DNA of 58,210 bases, the filler included, from Sanchytrium tribonematis (Eukaryota), in NCBI GenBank assembly GCA_018985235.1. It is 4 parts of 4 records of this genome, joined end to end, with 100 filler letters (N's around TTAATTAATTAA, not from the genome) between each part and the next. Parts side by side here need not be neighbours in the genome. Positions count along the whole stretch, not along the records: positions 14,658 to 29,192 come from JADGIG010000168.1; positions 29,293 to 43,729 come from JADGIG010000169.1; 2 more parts are not named here. The stretch is one strand, 5' to 3'. The position numbers were made by a program, and so were the translations under genes. The notes under the pieces were generated by a model. It was given only the letters and a program-made list of their open reading frames with translations. It was not told where the DNA came from and ran no database searches. Of this stretch, positions 23,456 to 34,405 are shown in pieces; positions within the stretch are counted from its first letter, which is position 1, and every line of letters starts with the position of its first letter.

Positions 23456-26067
23456 ATGACTTCTCAAGTTGTACACGGAGTACGTTGCAACGATCTGTTG
23501 TGCATTCTAAAGACGTCCCCTGTTAAATTATCTGTAGAGGTCTCATTGCTAACAGACTCAATGTTATCAAGCCACTTTACAAATTTGTCAATGATACCCG
23601 TCATCATAAACCCTGCTACACTTTTAGAACTTGAACTATCAGGACAAGATTTAAAGCAATTATTACCAGATAATACCACTGTTTCTCAGCATCCAACCCA
23701 TGGAGCCCAAATTTATTTCAGAGATCGAAAAGATAAAGTCGTGTTTTTGACCAATTTAGATCAGGCACTAGGAGGAGCAAAACTTGAAATCAATGGAATT
23801 GAAGATTTTATTCGTGTATTTTGCGTAGGAGGAAGAAAAAGAGAAACCTTGCACTCAATAATGAGAACAACTGATACTTCTATTTACATACCAAGCCCCT
23901 TTCATCAACATCCCGTTTATATCACAGGAAAGGAAGTGGATCAAGCCAAAGAAATATTTTTACAAGCTATGAAAGATCTTAAAGTTCAAAGCCAAGTGGT
24001 CAAATGCCAGCCCTATCATTTAAATTGGTTGAAAAAACGAACCATGCAATTAATTGAAATAATGATGGAAAACGGTACTTGTATCGATGTTGGTCTTAAA
24101 AACCAAATTGCTGGAAATTTGACAATATATGGAGAACATTCTCGCTATATTAATCGAACTATCCGCTTATTGGGAATTTTGATGGCTCAATATGTGAGAG
24201 TTAAGATTTTACTGATTTCTATTCCCAATGTGGACGCGGTGAAGGAAGTTCTTGCAAAATATTCGGACCCTTTAGTCGATAGTTACTGTACCCCCAATTC
24301 CATAGATGTCGGAGGACCCGCATCAAGTGTTGTGGGAGTATTGTCACATTTAAATCAAATTGACACATTAAGAACTCTGCACAAGGAAACGACTGGGTAT
24401 ATAGAGTTATCTCACGAGCACCGAGACTTTATCTTGGGAAAGAAAAATGGGAAAGTTAACAAAATTGTGAGATCTGCAAATTGCAAAGTTAATTTTGGTC
24501 AAGGCAATGAGCTAAATATGGTAATTGAATTAGCAGGACATCTTTCTCAAGTGAAAGAAGGTTTAGAGCTGATTATGGACGAATTACCGGCCGAATTGTC
24601 GTTTTATGTTCCGGAATCATACCACAAGAGAATCATTGGTGTAGGAGGCAAAAATATTCAGCGGATCATGAGAAAATATGGAGTGTTTGTTAAATTTTCA
24701 AACTCTGACGAGCACAATGTTCTGGGTGGATACTTTGCCCTAGAAGATAATGTCATAGCTAGAACTCCAATGAAAAACAAGGAAAATTTACCAAAATTTA
24801 GAGAATCTGTGCTTGAACTCGTTGCACAGCAAGACAAAGTTGCTCCTACTACTACAATTAAGCTTCCTTTCAGATTCCATAGGAGACTTGAATATCTTTC
24901 GTCGAAGTTGGAGGAAGACCATCAGGTCAAAATTGAATACCCACCAAGAGAATTTGCATTAGATATAGTAAAAGTTAAAGGATACCACCCCGGTGTAGGA
25001 GAAGTCACGAAAGAGCTATTGACTCGGGCAATTGATGTTTTAGAATACCATGTCACGAGCAATATAAAAACCTTGGCGGCAAGTCCAGATTTTGTAAAAC
25101 TATCTAAGCAAATTCAGAATATGGATGTCTCTATTGAAAAAAAGGAAGACGAAAGCCAAACCACATTTATACTTTCTGCCGTTATGTCAAAATCAAGTAG
25201 CCTTTGTAAATCGAAATTGCTTTTAGACGAATTTTTTAAGAAAAAGAACATCAAAGTAGAAAAAACTACCCCTACTATGTCTAGCAATAATTCGACAGAT
25301 TCCTTTAAACATTTTAATTCTAAATTAATCTCGCAGCTGTCAAATGAGAGTTTTACTTCCGGGCTAACATTGGCTAAATCTGCCCAAGATTCAGAGATTA
25401 GCATATTTGGCTATGGTGAGGAACCATTAAATGAACACGAAATTTTCTCGAGTGGAGTTCAAAATATATTGTCTCCAGATAGTCCCGTAAGAAGGGTAGA
25501 TTTTCCACCAATTGGTAAAGAACTAAAGAGGGACGGCTCAGAACCTTTAGACAAATCTCTTCACCCATTTGAATATGATTCAATGTCTAGTGTGGATTAT
25601 CGATTACCTAGTGATAAGATCCGCGGGAAAAATCTTTCCAAATCCCTTGAGGCCTTTGATGATCAGGTATATTTATTTTCACTTAGAATAAACGGTCACC
25701 GCACGTCTCATCATCCTTAAAAAATGAAGTGGGAAATTCCATGGATACTATGAACTCGGGCAATCTCCTTCCTAAAGATGTAGAAAATATCATGGCTCAA
25801 GAAAAGTCTGGAAACGGAATGTCCCTATTTTTGGAAAAAATTGACTTGGTTAAATACCAGAAAATATTTCAAGACCAGGAAATTGATCTTCGTCTGTTGC
25901 TTACTTTGGCTGACGACGATCTTCAACAACTCGGGATTAAAGCATTCGGGCCCAGAAGAAAAATTATAAATGCTATTTCTGTCATAAGGGAATCCCTTGG
26001 GCAAAATACCACCACTGATTCACAATTTAGTGCCGTAGCATCGAAGAAAAGTTTGTTGCAAGAATAA
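23456..26067 (+). CDS. Multi-KH RNA-binding protein with C-terminal SAM domain (Bicaudal-C-like architecture); exons 23456-25666 and 25687-26067
   Basis: KH GxxG loops (FILGKKNGKVNKI, HKRIIGVGGKNIQRI). Exon 2 encodes SAM (LFLEKIDLVKYQKIFQDQEIDL..LQQLGIKAFGPRRKI). Confidence 0.85.
25667..25686 (+). other. 20-nt intron GTATATTTATTTTCACTTAG (phase 0)
   Basis: Joins the KH ORF in frame to the SAM ORF. Confidence 0.85.
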
Positions 26068-26089
26068 AATTTTAAAAGATACTCTTTTA

Positions 26090-26908
26090 TTACATAAAAT
26101 CCCTCTTTCCAGGGTCTTCCATTTGACGGTTCCTCAAGGCTGGACATCGCAACAAATGGCGTTGTAATGCATCAGGTCTCCCCATAGTCTTCAATTCTTG
26201 CCCGCAATATTCGCATGGGACTGCCGTGCTGTGTACATTGGTTTCGTGACGACGTCTCGCAAACGTGGTTGTAAAATCTTTATAGCAAAATCTACATTGT
26301 AATGATTTGCTATCATCTCGCATTTCTTCTGGAAATTCGAGGGCAGATCCACCTGTATTTTGGCTATTGCTTTGTAATCTAATCAAATCATAAAGCATGG
26401 GGTGTTGAATAGCAGATGTTCCAGAAGGATACTGGACAAGCGTAGTTCCTTTCTCATATCTCATGATTTGCTTTCTTGCAGGTTGAGGAGTTTTTGGATA
26501 CTTACGTTGGGGTACAGGTGAGCCTTGATCTGGCAATTTTAATTCTCCGGCAGAGCTCCATCTTTTGCTTAAATCTTTTGTAGATTCAGATGATGCACTG
26601 CTACTATTTTCTAGTTCGTAATGTTCTGGTGACAGTGGCCGACTTTGCAAATTTAAGTCGTCAATACTTGGCAAATTCGTAGGTCTGCGACCACTTGCAG
26701 CAGGATTAAGTTGCGTAACTTCTTGCAGGTCTTCAGCTGATGATGAGCTTTCATCAAAACGAATAACTGGTTCCATTGATATGCGACGCTGTTCGGGTAT
26801 CTGAATTGTTTCTAAATAAATCCTCATTCGCTCGCGTACAATATCAAAAACAATTGGTTGGTAACGACCAATCTCCGTCTTTGTGCCAATCAAAATCATT
26901 TTTTTCAA
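26090..26908 (-). CDS. C2H2-type zinc-finger protein (start uncertain)
   Basis: C-terminal CRFC..F..RRRHETNVH and CEYC..RPDALQRHLLRC fingers; S/P-rich N-terminus. Confidence 0.75.
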   Translation of the reverse strand: MKKMILIGTKTEIGRYQPIVFDIVRERMRIYLETIQIPEQRRISMEPVIRFDESSSSAEDLQEVTQLNPAASGRRPTNLPSIDDLNLQSRPLSPEHYELENSSSASSESTKDLSKRWSSAGELKLPDQGSPVPQRKYPKTPQPARKQIMRYEKGTTLVQYPSGTSAIQHPMLYDLIRLQSNSQNTGGSALEFPEEMRDDSKSLQCRFCYKDFTTTFARRRHETNVHSTAVPCEYCGQELKTMGRPDALQRHLLRCPALRNRQMEDPGKRDFM

Positions 26909-27288
26909 AGCCCCTCCACAATGATAGGTTTAATCTATTTTGGTGGTCTAGACGACGGTACTTCCTCAATTCATGGCACCTACCAATTTGTGTCCTATAA
27001 ATTGAAATTAAAAACTACTAATTCTGTTGGTGTGTTCGAAAGGGGGATTTGAGTTGGTGAATAGTTCACCATTGGTGTAGGTGGTGATGCTCCTAAATGA
27101 GCAATAGCTACTTTGCATTCACACACCGCCAATTGATTCAGTGTAGGATTTACGGAAAGCATAGGCTCTCAAACGGCACTGATTTCTTTTCAAGGGGATC
27201 TGCTTGATTTTTGGATAAACACAAAGTCGAATATTTTTTGTCAATTAATTTATTAATAAATTTGGCTATTCTTATGCTATTAACAGTA

Positions 27289-29007
27289 TTAGCCAAAATT
27301 TTCTTTGTTAAAATGAAAAATTGTAGAGGTATTTTGGTAATGAGTGTAAAGCAAACAATTTTTCTTCAAAACACTAGTGAGAGGTTTCGGTCCACATACA
27401 AATACTCCGACATTATCTTTAGGGTGTTGTAGTGCAATATTGGCAAATATGTTATCCCAATTGGGTCTGCCATAATTTGTTTTTGATTGCAACCCAGTAA
27501 TTGGATCGTAATTTACACCAACATCATTTAAAATCACTTTGGTTACCATCGAGGGCCTTACCTTAGTTAAATAGATATGATATTCGAGATTTACGACACT
27601 GTCTTGTTCCTCCAAAGTATGCAGCAAATCATTGAACCACTCAAAAGCGGTGGTATCTCTGCAAATCCAAAAGAACTTTACATTTCTGACAGGACATTTT
27701 TCCATCTCAGCCTTGAAAAAAATAGACTTCAGAAGAGAGGCAAAAGGTGTGACACCAATCCCTGCTCCAATCAAGACTATGGTCTCATAATCAAAAGCAT
27801 CCTCAGCAGCCGCACCAAATGGGCCATCCACATAAATATTAGGCAAAAAGTTTGGTGAAGAAGAATCGCCGTTACCAACTGAGTCGACAAACAATTTTGA
27901 TAATCGCTTTGTGAAATCACCTGCTTCTCTGAAATGAATGCTCATGTGTCCTTCTTCTGGGCAGGATGTCAATGTAAAAGGGTGAAATTGTTTGCCTCCC
28001 ACAACCGGGCAATTGAGAAATATGTACTGTCCCGGTCTTGCAGTTTTCATCTGATTTTCATACCTTGGTGCCCATTGTAATTCTACGACATTAGAAGGAT
28101 GAATAATTACTTTTCTAATTTTTACAGGTCTCCTAGCTCTAATTAACGCTCTGAAAACTAATCTCTCACATAAATAACAAAACATTGAAAGAACAACCCA
28201 TTTCCAATATTCTGTATAAGCATAGCATTCAGCATTCACTAGGGTTTCTATTATACATCCGGATCCGTGTACAACCATAGCCCCAATAAAAAGAATAAAT
28301 AAATGATGAGTAAACCAAAATATTTCAAAATTTGCGTGTCTCATTTTTTGCATTGCACTGGTTACCATCAAAAATAAACAAAGAACGGCAGCATGTCCAG
28401 TTATGGCTGGTATAAGAGTCACCCATAAATATTCTGGTGATCCCATGTCGACAAAACCCAACGGCAGTTTGCCAAATTCGCTCAAATATAAAAAATCAAG
28501 CGTGTGCGCTCCTATATGTAATGCTGTAAAGATAACAATGTGGAATCCAACAAACTTATGAAAAACTATATTCTTATCAAATGGAATCACAGTATTAAGT
28601 ATTGTTCGTCTCAGAGTCGATATCAATGTCCTGCAAACCGGAAATAATATTAAAGCGCTGTTGAACATTAAGAGTCCTGCACCAATTCTAGCAAATGGAA
28701 GAGCTTTCTTTAAGACCACTCTCGTTAGCGCATACTTTGGATCTGCTGAGTATGTCGCATATTTATACAAAGCAATATAAACCGTAATTCCATAATAAAT
28801 CAACAAAAATACAACTTTTGATCCTTCGTGCATAAAGTACAGCTTAATCTTGGTTATAAAATCAGTACTGTGTTTGTAAGATACATTAATTTTAGTGTTT
28901 GTAACAACGGATTGATTTTTGTTATTTCTTTTGTTAAGTGTCTTGTAATATTCAGGATCTACAGTTGGATAAAAAGGACGCTCTAATTTCTTTTGTCGTT
29001 TTCCCAT
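27289..29007 (-). CDS. NADPH oxidase catalytic subunit, NoxA-like
   Basis: LILFPVCRTLIS, PFDKNIVFHK..LH, FEIFWFTHHLF..HG, QFHPFTLTSCPEE, DGPFG, GAGIGVTPFAS, YGRPNW, FVCGP, FNKENF. Confidence 0.95.
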   Translation of the reverse strand: MGKRQKKLERPFYPTVDPEYYKTLNKRNNKNQSVVTNTKINVSYKHSTDFITKIKLYFMHEGSKVVFLLIYYGITVYIALYKYATYSADPKYALTRVVLKKALPFARIGAGLLMFNSALILFPVCRTLISTLRRTILNTVIPFDKNIVFHKFVGFHIVIFTALHIGAHTLDFLYLSEFGKLPLGFVDMGSPEYLWVTLIPAITGHAAVLCLFLMVTSAMQKMRHANFEIFWFTHHLFILFIGAMVVHGSGCIIETLVNAECYAYTEYWKWVVLSMFCYLCERLVFRALIRARRPVKIRKVIIHPSNVVELQWAPRYENQMKTARPGQYIFLNCPVVGGKQFHPFTLTSCPEEGHMSIHFREAGDFTKRLSKLFVDSVGNGDSSSPNFLPNIYVDGPFGAAAEDAFDYETIVLIGAGIGVTPFASLLKSIFFKAEMEKCPVRNVKFFWICRDTTAFEWFNDLLHTLEEQDSVVNLEYHIYLTKVRPSMVTKVILNDVGVNYDPITGLQSKTNYGRPNWDNIFANIALQHPKDNVGVFVCGPKPLTSVLKKNCLLYTHYQNTSTIFHFNKENFG

Positions 29008-29192
29008 TGCGAAATGTAAGATTCTGAGTGCGATTTTTACTTATTAATTTGAATAGCCAATCACCAAAGCTGGCAAGCAATAAATGAAGCTTCAAACGAT
29101 ATAACGAAGTAATAACAAGTCCTAATAATTTAGAGTTCAAATGGTTCTGCATTAGGCTAAAAACGGTTTATTTCGAAAGCTGATGCAGCCAT

Positions 29193-29292
29193 NNNNNNNN
29201 NNNNNNNNNNNNNNNNNNNNNNNNNNNNNNNNNNNNTTAATTAATTAANNNNNNNNNNNNNNNNNNNNNNNNNNNNNNNNNNNNNNNNNNNN
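29193..29292. other. Artificial 100-bp contig spacer
   Basis: N44-TTAATTAATTAA-N44. Confidence 0.97.
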
Positions 29293-29435
29293 TATCTTCT
29301 CCAATTTCGAAAACAAATATGAGTTCGATTCAGCCTGGTCTTGTCGATAAAGGTGCTGATATTGAAAACTACGAAAATAAGGCAACTTCATTGCTTGCAC
29401 CCACAATTATTGCTTTTTTAGTAAACATTTACTAA
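29293..29435 (+). CDS. 3' end of a truncated gene with a GPI-signal-like tail
   Basis: Open frame ..SSPISKTNMSSIQPG..NKATSLLAPTIIAFLVNIY*; its stop overlaps the stop of the convergent gene. Confidence 0.45.
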
Positions 29436-30391
29436 TTATTTTGTGTGTTAATTCGAAATATTCTATACCAAGGTATATCATCTAGTGGATGTAAAATTAG
29501 AGCCCAATTCAGTCCTTTAAAGTAGTCAGACCAGGTTTTACTGTTACCATTACTGTCCCTTAGCACTGACCTACTATCAATTAACATCCAAGCTTCTCTT
29601 TTTCTCAAGATTGGAGGAGGTGGAAGTGTGTTTCCTGCCTGGTTTGGCAAATCTTTAGATGGTTTTATGGATGGCGTCGTAGTTGTGACTGTATTTGTGG
29701 AAACTGGCTGAACATTTGCTTGAGATTGAGACTTGATTGTGTTCTGGATAGAATTCACACTAACTGTATTAGAATTAGAATTTGCAGTATTTGATAATTT
29801 AGCTGTATTCACATTGGGAGCGGTTATTGGCGTGCCCACCAGTGCAGGGACCGAATTATTTATAGTTTGTACATTTGGCACAGTGCTTGGAGGTATTATT
29901 ACAGCTGGTGCGTTCTGTCTTTGCATTCTTAAAGCTTGTAATTGCTTTTCTTGTTGTAGTTTTGCAATTAGTAATCCTTGCTGCTCTTTCGCCTTTTCGA
30001 TGAGGCCTGGGTGTTCATCATCGAAGCTAGTATAAGTTTTTGGATTAACCCATTTTTTGAAATCTTTGTGATAATAATAATCTACGCCCTGATAGGTTAT
30101 CCAGTACTTACCTGTTTTCAAAGATCGACGCACAACACTTCCGAAAGGATCTTCAATAAATTCAAATTTTTCGCCATTCACCTTCAAAACATATGTTTTA
30201 CCACCATTTTGAACAATCATGTCTTTCATTTTGTCTTCCAACCTATAACCGTCCATATTTATCGCGAATGGAAGCACGGTTGATGCAATTATAGCAAAGG
30301 GCATTATTGAATTATTTATATGTCCAAATTTCTCCCAAAATCCAGTCCATGAAAGTGGTATGGAATATACAGCTAGAACTAACATACGCAT
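29432..30391 (-). CDS. Hypothetical secreted or membrane protein with N/T/P-rich region
   Basis: 319-aa ORF with hydrophobic N-terminus, aromatic-rich domain, low-complexity linker and RKR site. Confidence 0.6.
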   Translation of the reverse strand: MRMLVLAVYSIPLSWTGFWEKFGHINNSIMPFAIIASTVLPFAINMDGYRLEDKMKDMIVQNGGKTYVLKVNGEKFEFIEDPFGSVVRRSLKTGKYWITYQGVDYYYHKDFKKWVNPKTYTSFDDEHPGLIEKAKEQQGLLIAKLQQEKQLQALRMQRQNAPAVIIPPSTVPNVQTINNSVPALVGTPITAPNVNTAKLSNTANSNSNTVSVNSIQNTIKSQSQANVQPVSTNTVTTTTPSIKPSKDLPNQAGNTLPPPPILRKREAWMLIDSRSVLRDSNGNSKTWSDYFKGLNWALILHPLDDIPWYRIFRINTQNN

Positions 30392-30535
30392 TGTCTTAGG
30401 GGCATCGTGTTACATTTTAATCTGATAACAAATTAGTGTTGTTACACAAGATTCAATTTGAAGTCACAGCCAAGCACAACTTGAAATACCAAAAATTGTA
30501 TTTACAATGACATTGTAATGAAATCAGTCGATTTA

Positions 30536-30790
30536 TTAATACTTGGGGGGCAAACTTTTGATTTCTTTATATAGATTAAAATTGTATTGTAAAATTTCCA
30601 ATTTTTCGTCGAAGGATTGCATAAGATTGCCACTACAGCTTACGACCATTCTGGGTGTGACCTCCTTACCTACTCGAGAACTTTCTTGCTCAACTAAATT
30701 GTATAATAATTTGATATCATTTTCTAGCGTAGCTAAAATCGATGAGTCTCCTCTCGCTAAATCATACAAATGCTCGTAATAATGAAGCAT
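30536..30790 (-). CDS. Hypothetical 84-aa helical protein
   Basis: ATG ORF filling the gap between genes; no recognisable motif. Confidence 0.45.
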   Translation of the reverse strand: MLHYYEHLYDLARGDSSILATLENDIKLLYNLVEQESSRVGKEVTPRMVVSCSGNLMQSFDEKLEILQYNFNLYKEIKSLPPKY

Positions 30791-30831
30791 ATGATATAGT
30801 TGACTTTCCTCTATTTATTTCCAACTTAAAA

Positions 30832-31374
30832 TTAGATTTGCATTTTTTCCAGCTTCGTTTCAGTTAAATTTTGCTCTAATTTGTCTACATCGGCCTTAGA
30901 TGTGTTGTATTGTGCATGGTCCTGATTCATGGGATTTTCACTGCTCTTTTTAAACTCTTTCCAGACTTGCTGTTGAATCTGAGATAATTTTAGCGAAGGA
31001 TTATCTTGCCTTATTTCTTTAATTCTTCTTTGACGAAATAATTCATAAGCAGCTTTGACTCTTCTCTCGGGGTGCCTGTCGATGGTATCTTTCTTAAACA
31101 ATTCGACAGCGTCATCTATATTTCTCGCATTAATACTTTTGATGCTATTTTGTTCTTTTAAAAGAATCTCCTCCCTAATTCTTTTTTCGTCAGATTGTTG
31201 CTGTCTTTTTTCCAATTCGAGTTCCCGCTTAGTCGGCTTTTTAGAACCCGTTTCCCATTGCTTCTCTAATTCTAATTCTTTTGACTTTTGCTTAGCATTT
31301 GCCTTTTCTTGAGCAACTTGCTTTTTTTTCTCTCTTGCCGCCGATGCTTTAGAATTTGGACCATTGAAACCCAT
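30832..31374 (-). CDS. CCDC124/Lso2-family ribosome-associated protein
   Basis: NSKASAAREKK start; ARNIDDAV, DRHPERRVKAAY..F, NPSLKLSQ..VWKEFKKSSENPMNQ. Confidence 0.9.
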   Translation of the reverse strand: MGFNGPNSKASAAREKKKQVAQEKANAKQKSKELELEKQWETGSKKPTKRELELEKRQQQSDEKRIREEILLKEQNSIKSINARNIDDAVELFKKDTIDRHPERRVKAAYELFRQRRIKEIRQDNPSLKLSQIQQQVWKEFKKSSENPMNQDHAQYNTSKADVDKLEQNLTETKLEKMQI

Positions 31375-31398
31375 CTTTAAGGAGTTCAAACATTTTAC

Positions 31399-33136
31399 TT
31401 AAAACCAGCTTAATTTATTAGCGGTGCTATTTTGACCGTTTTGATGATTGATTCCAGAACAAATTCCATTTGCATCACAAAAATTGATCAAACCTCCGCC
31501 ACATGCCATACCTTTTTTGTAAAATCCATAACCCTGTTTTGTGAAATCAACGCATTGACTGTTGGCAATATTATAACAAAGCATGGAACAAGAATTTGAG
31601 CTATCACAAACCGCGTCAAACTTGAGGTTCAAATTATATTCTGCACCCAGAACCTCGCACGCAATATCTCTTGTGAGGCATAGTCCAGTTTCGTAACATA
31701 CTCCATATATACTATCAACTTGACAAGGACCATTCGCATAAGCTGAGCTATCGGGGGGACATAATGGCGAATATCCAGTACATTTTTCTTCAACATCGCA
31801 AGAATAAAGTTTGGATGGATTTTTCGAGCGGCAAATAATATCTTCTTTTAGAAATTTGCAATTTTTACAACAGGGGCCATTAACATCATCACATTGAGAT
31901 TGTGGCTTAAGCCTGCAATTCAAATCGCAGCACCCAGATTCTGTTTTTCCTGGGTCACATCTAAATAAATATTAAATACTCTTCTCCAGGATCTAAAAAT
32001 CCATTACCACAATTCTGGATAGCATCTTGCGGAGTTTGAAGCAGGCAAGAAGATTGAACACTTTTCAAAAAAGAATTGATGTAGCTTTTTGAACAACTGG
32101 AAAAGGTTGTGATGGAAGGATTGGGATCTGATATCACCGACGCCATAACATTACCGATTGGCATACATTGGTTATTAGTACCATCGTGTTGAGAGTTTAA
32201 TAAATGGCCAATTTCGTGAGCGATAATTAAAGAGACCCAGGTGTCTAGTCTATTAGATAATCTTGTGGCCAATCCAACATTGTGAACACCCGCAACACCA
32301 CACGCTCCTCCCAAATATGCCAAACCAACAGTGGAAGAGGGTTCAGTTAATTGATGACTTAGTAGAAATGAAATATCAGTGGTATTTAAAAATGACACTT
32401 TTGTAAAGGTGGTCTGTAATTCCTTGACGTAATTGTAAAATAAGGGGAGAAGATTGGTCACTGCTACAGGAGATTCATTAACAATCAGCAAATCTGAGTT
32501 TATAACAACTATCCCCGTCAAATTCAGACTCAAGTCAAATTCAAAAACGTTTTTGCGATATATACTTGCAGCACCGTTAAAAAAATTCTGGGCATCAATA
32601 ATTGCATTTTTTCCTCTCTCTTGATAAAACGAATAGTCCAAATATAACATTGTACCCACAATCCTGGCATCTACCGATATGGAAGGATTGAGTGCTCTTT
32701 TAATCAAATTCTTCTTTGCTTCTATGTGATCAAATCCACAAAAATTGGCATCAAGTGCCTCAGAAATTTCCAGTTCATGTAGCGCCATACCATTAGATAA
32801 ATCAGAAAGCTGTACTTCGATATCCAACGGTGATATTTTAAAAGCAGTTCCATTAGGGCTGATAAATGTACCATATACACCGTCGCATAAATGAAATGCG
32901 TCTGATGTATCTGAAATGTAATAGCAATTTTCTTGGGTAGCCTCTTCAAATGATGTTCCATTAAATAAAAATGCGGGACTACTTTGAGTCTTAGTCAATG
33001 TAAAATTTAAATCGAGAATGCTAAGTTGAATTTCTGATTGAGAGCTTATATCTGCAATCCCAACTTCCTGCGCACCCAAAATATATGGGAAAACTTTAAC
33101 TCCAATTACAAAATTATAAATGAGAGGTAGAAACAT
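31399..33136 (-). CDS. ADAM-family metalloprotease (M12B + disintegrin + Cys-rich); exons 33136-31980 and 31960-31399
   Basis: VGLAYLGGAC, AHEIGHLLNSQHD, FSSCS. Splicing restores CGNGFLDPGEECD..CC..C disintegrin start. Confidence 0.92.
31961..31979 (-). other. 19-nt intron GTATTTAATATTTATTTAG (phase 2) in the ADAM gene
   Basis: Removal restores the conserved GEECD motif. Confidence 0.93.
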
Positions 33137-33386
33137 TGACCTACTTAAAAAGCTAAAGAGTGATGGTTAGTAGCCCAATCTGACTTAGTTGCACTTCATA
33201 TCATTGCTCATATTATCGCTCATATCATACGCTTATAGAGCAAGATTACCAGCCTTTAAATTATTTCAAATTGTATCTTTAGAAAATTTTAAACTTGGTA
33301 TTTTCATTTAATAGTTTGTTCAATTAGAAACTGTTTGAACCAAAAGCAATTATGGCAGCGACTTTTACTATTTGTGACACATTTCT

Positions 33387-33782
33387 ATGGAACATAGACG
33401 TAACAATTCTGCTCAAAAGGAGATGCGCAAAATTTTAATTACATTTGACTGTAATGATCATGGTTCTGATAAACTTCTTCAATATGCTGCTGATCACATT
33501 ATTAAACCTGATGAAAAAATCTATCTCATGACAGTTATAAAGGGAGAAGCAATACAGGAGCAACATAAAATGGATCGTGCCATTCAGATATTACCAAATG
33601 CGGCTCCTCTTCTCATTATGGGTGATCCTCGAGAGAAGATTTTAGAAGTTGCGCGAGAAATTGGAGTCGATGTCATTGTCATGGGTTCTAGACACATGAA
33701 GCCTGTTCATAAAGCTATTATTGGATCTGTGAGCTCATATGTGGTTAATCATTCAGAGTGCTCTGTCTTTATAGTAAAATGA
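33387..33782 (+). CDS. Universal stress protein (Usp domain)
   Basis: RKILITFD, GDPREKILEVA..VDVIVMGSR..IIGSVSSYVVNHSECSVFIVK. Confidence 0.92.
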   Translation: MEHRRNNSAQKEMRKILITFDCNDHGSDKLLQYAADHIIKPDEKIYLMTVIKGEAIQEQHKMDRAIQILPNAAPLLIMGDPREKILEVAREIGVDVIVMGSRHMKPVHKAIIGSVSSYVVNHSECSVFIVK

Positions 33783-33788
33783 AGTTTA

Positions 33789-34319
33789 TTAATCATAATA
33801 ATAATTATTCCTACCTTTATAAACGCTAGTGTATTGAACGCCTTGATAAAATCTTCCTCTCATAGTATCTTTGACAGTCCTTAGATACTGATCCATAGAC
33901 TCTCTCATTTGTTGAGCTGCATCTTTGTTTAGTGGATCTAAAGGATTAGGCTCGTGGAACAACATTAGCAAGCCAAATAGAACAGACTGTAAGCCCAAGA
34001 CTGGGTTCCAGTCAGCTCTTAAAACATTAAGGCATACACTGCCCTCTATATCAATATTTGGGTGGTAAATAGTCTGAGTGCATTTTAATTTTGGCGGGTC
34101 GTGTGGGTAAGACATTGGTATTTCCATTTTAAAAGTAAAAGTTCCATTTTGGTATGGTCCTTGTGTAGGAGATATTTCTACAGAAATATCGTGCAAATTG
34201 TTTACGTTTGCGAAATCAGTTTTAATATTTGGTGGAAGTTCTAGCTCATTTATATCTTTTTGCAATCTAAGGGTGGCTGGCGAGGACGATCGATTTTTCA
34301 GTTTCTGTAAGTGTATCAT
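33789..34319 (-). CDS. UBC12: NEDD8-conjugating enzyme
   Basis: MIHLQKLK N-terminal docking peptide, LRLQKDINEL, YPHDPPK, IYHPNID.EGSVCLNVLRADWNP, PLDPLNKDAA. Confidence 0.92.
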   Translation of the reverse strand: MIHLQKLKNRSSSPATLRLQKDINELELPPNIKTDFANVNNLHDISVEISPTQGPYQNGTFTFKMEIPMSYPHDPPKLKCTQTIYHPNIDIEGSVCLNVLRADWNPVLGLQSVLFGLLMLFHEPNPLDPLNKDAAQQMRESMDQYLRTVKDTMRGRFYQGVQYTSVYKGRNNYYYD

Positions 34320-34405
34320 GTTTGAGGAGAAATTCTAGCAAACTCAAGATTTTTCTGTCAAGGAGCTTGATACTACTTAAATAGCCCATCTCTTTTGCTA
34401 GTGAT

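Noticed and set aside
31374..31401. ADAM stop in frame with downstream CCDC124 (readthrough fusion)
   Set aside because: One-in-three chance, and a secreted protease fused to a cytosolic ribosome factor is implausible.
33400..33419. Possible 20-nt intron GTAACAATTCTGCTCAAAAG linking ATG 33352 to the Usp ORF
   Set aside because: In frame, but lacks the -6 A/YTNAY seen in all other introns and is not needed to complete the domain.
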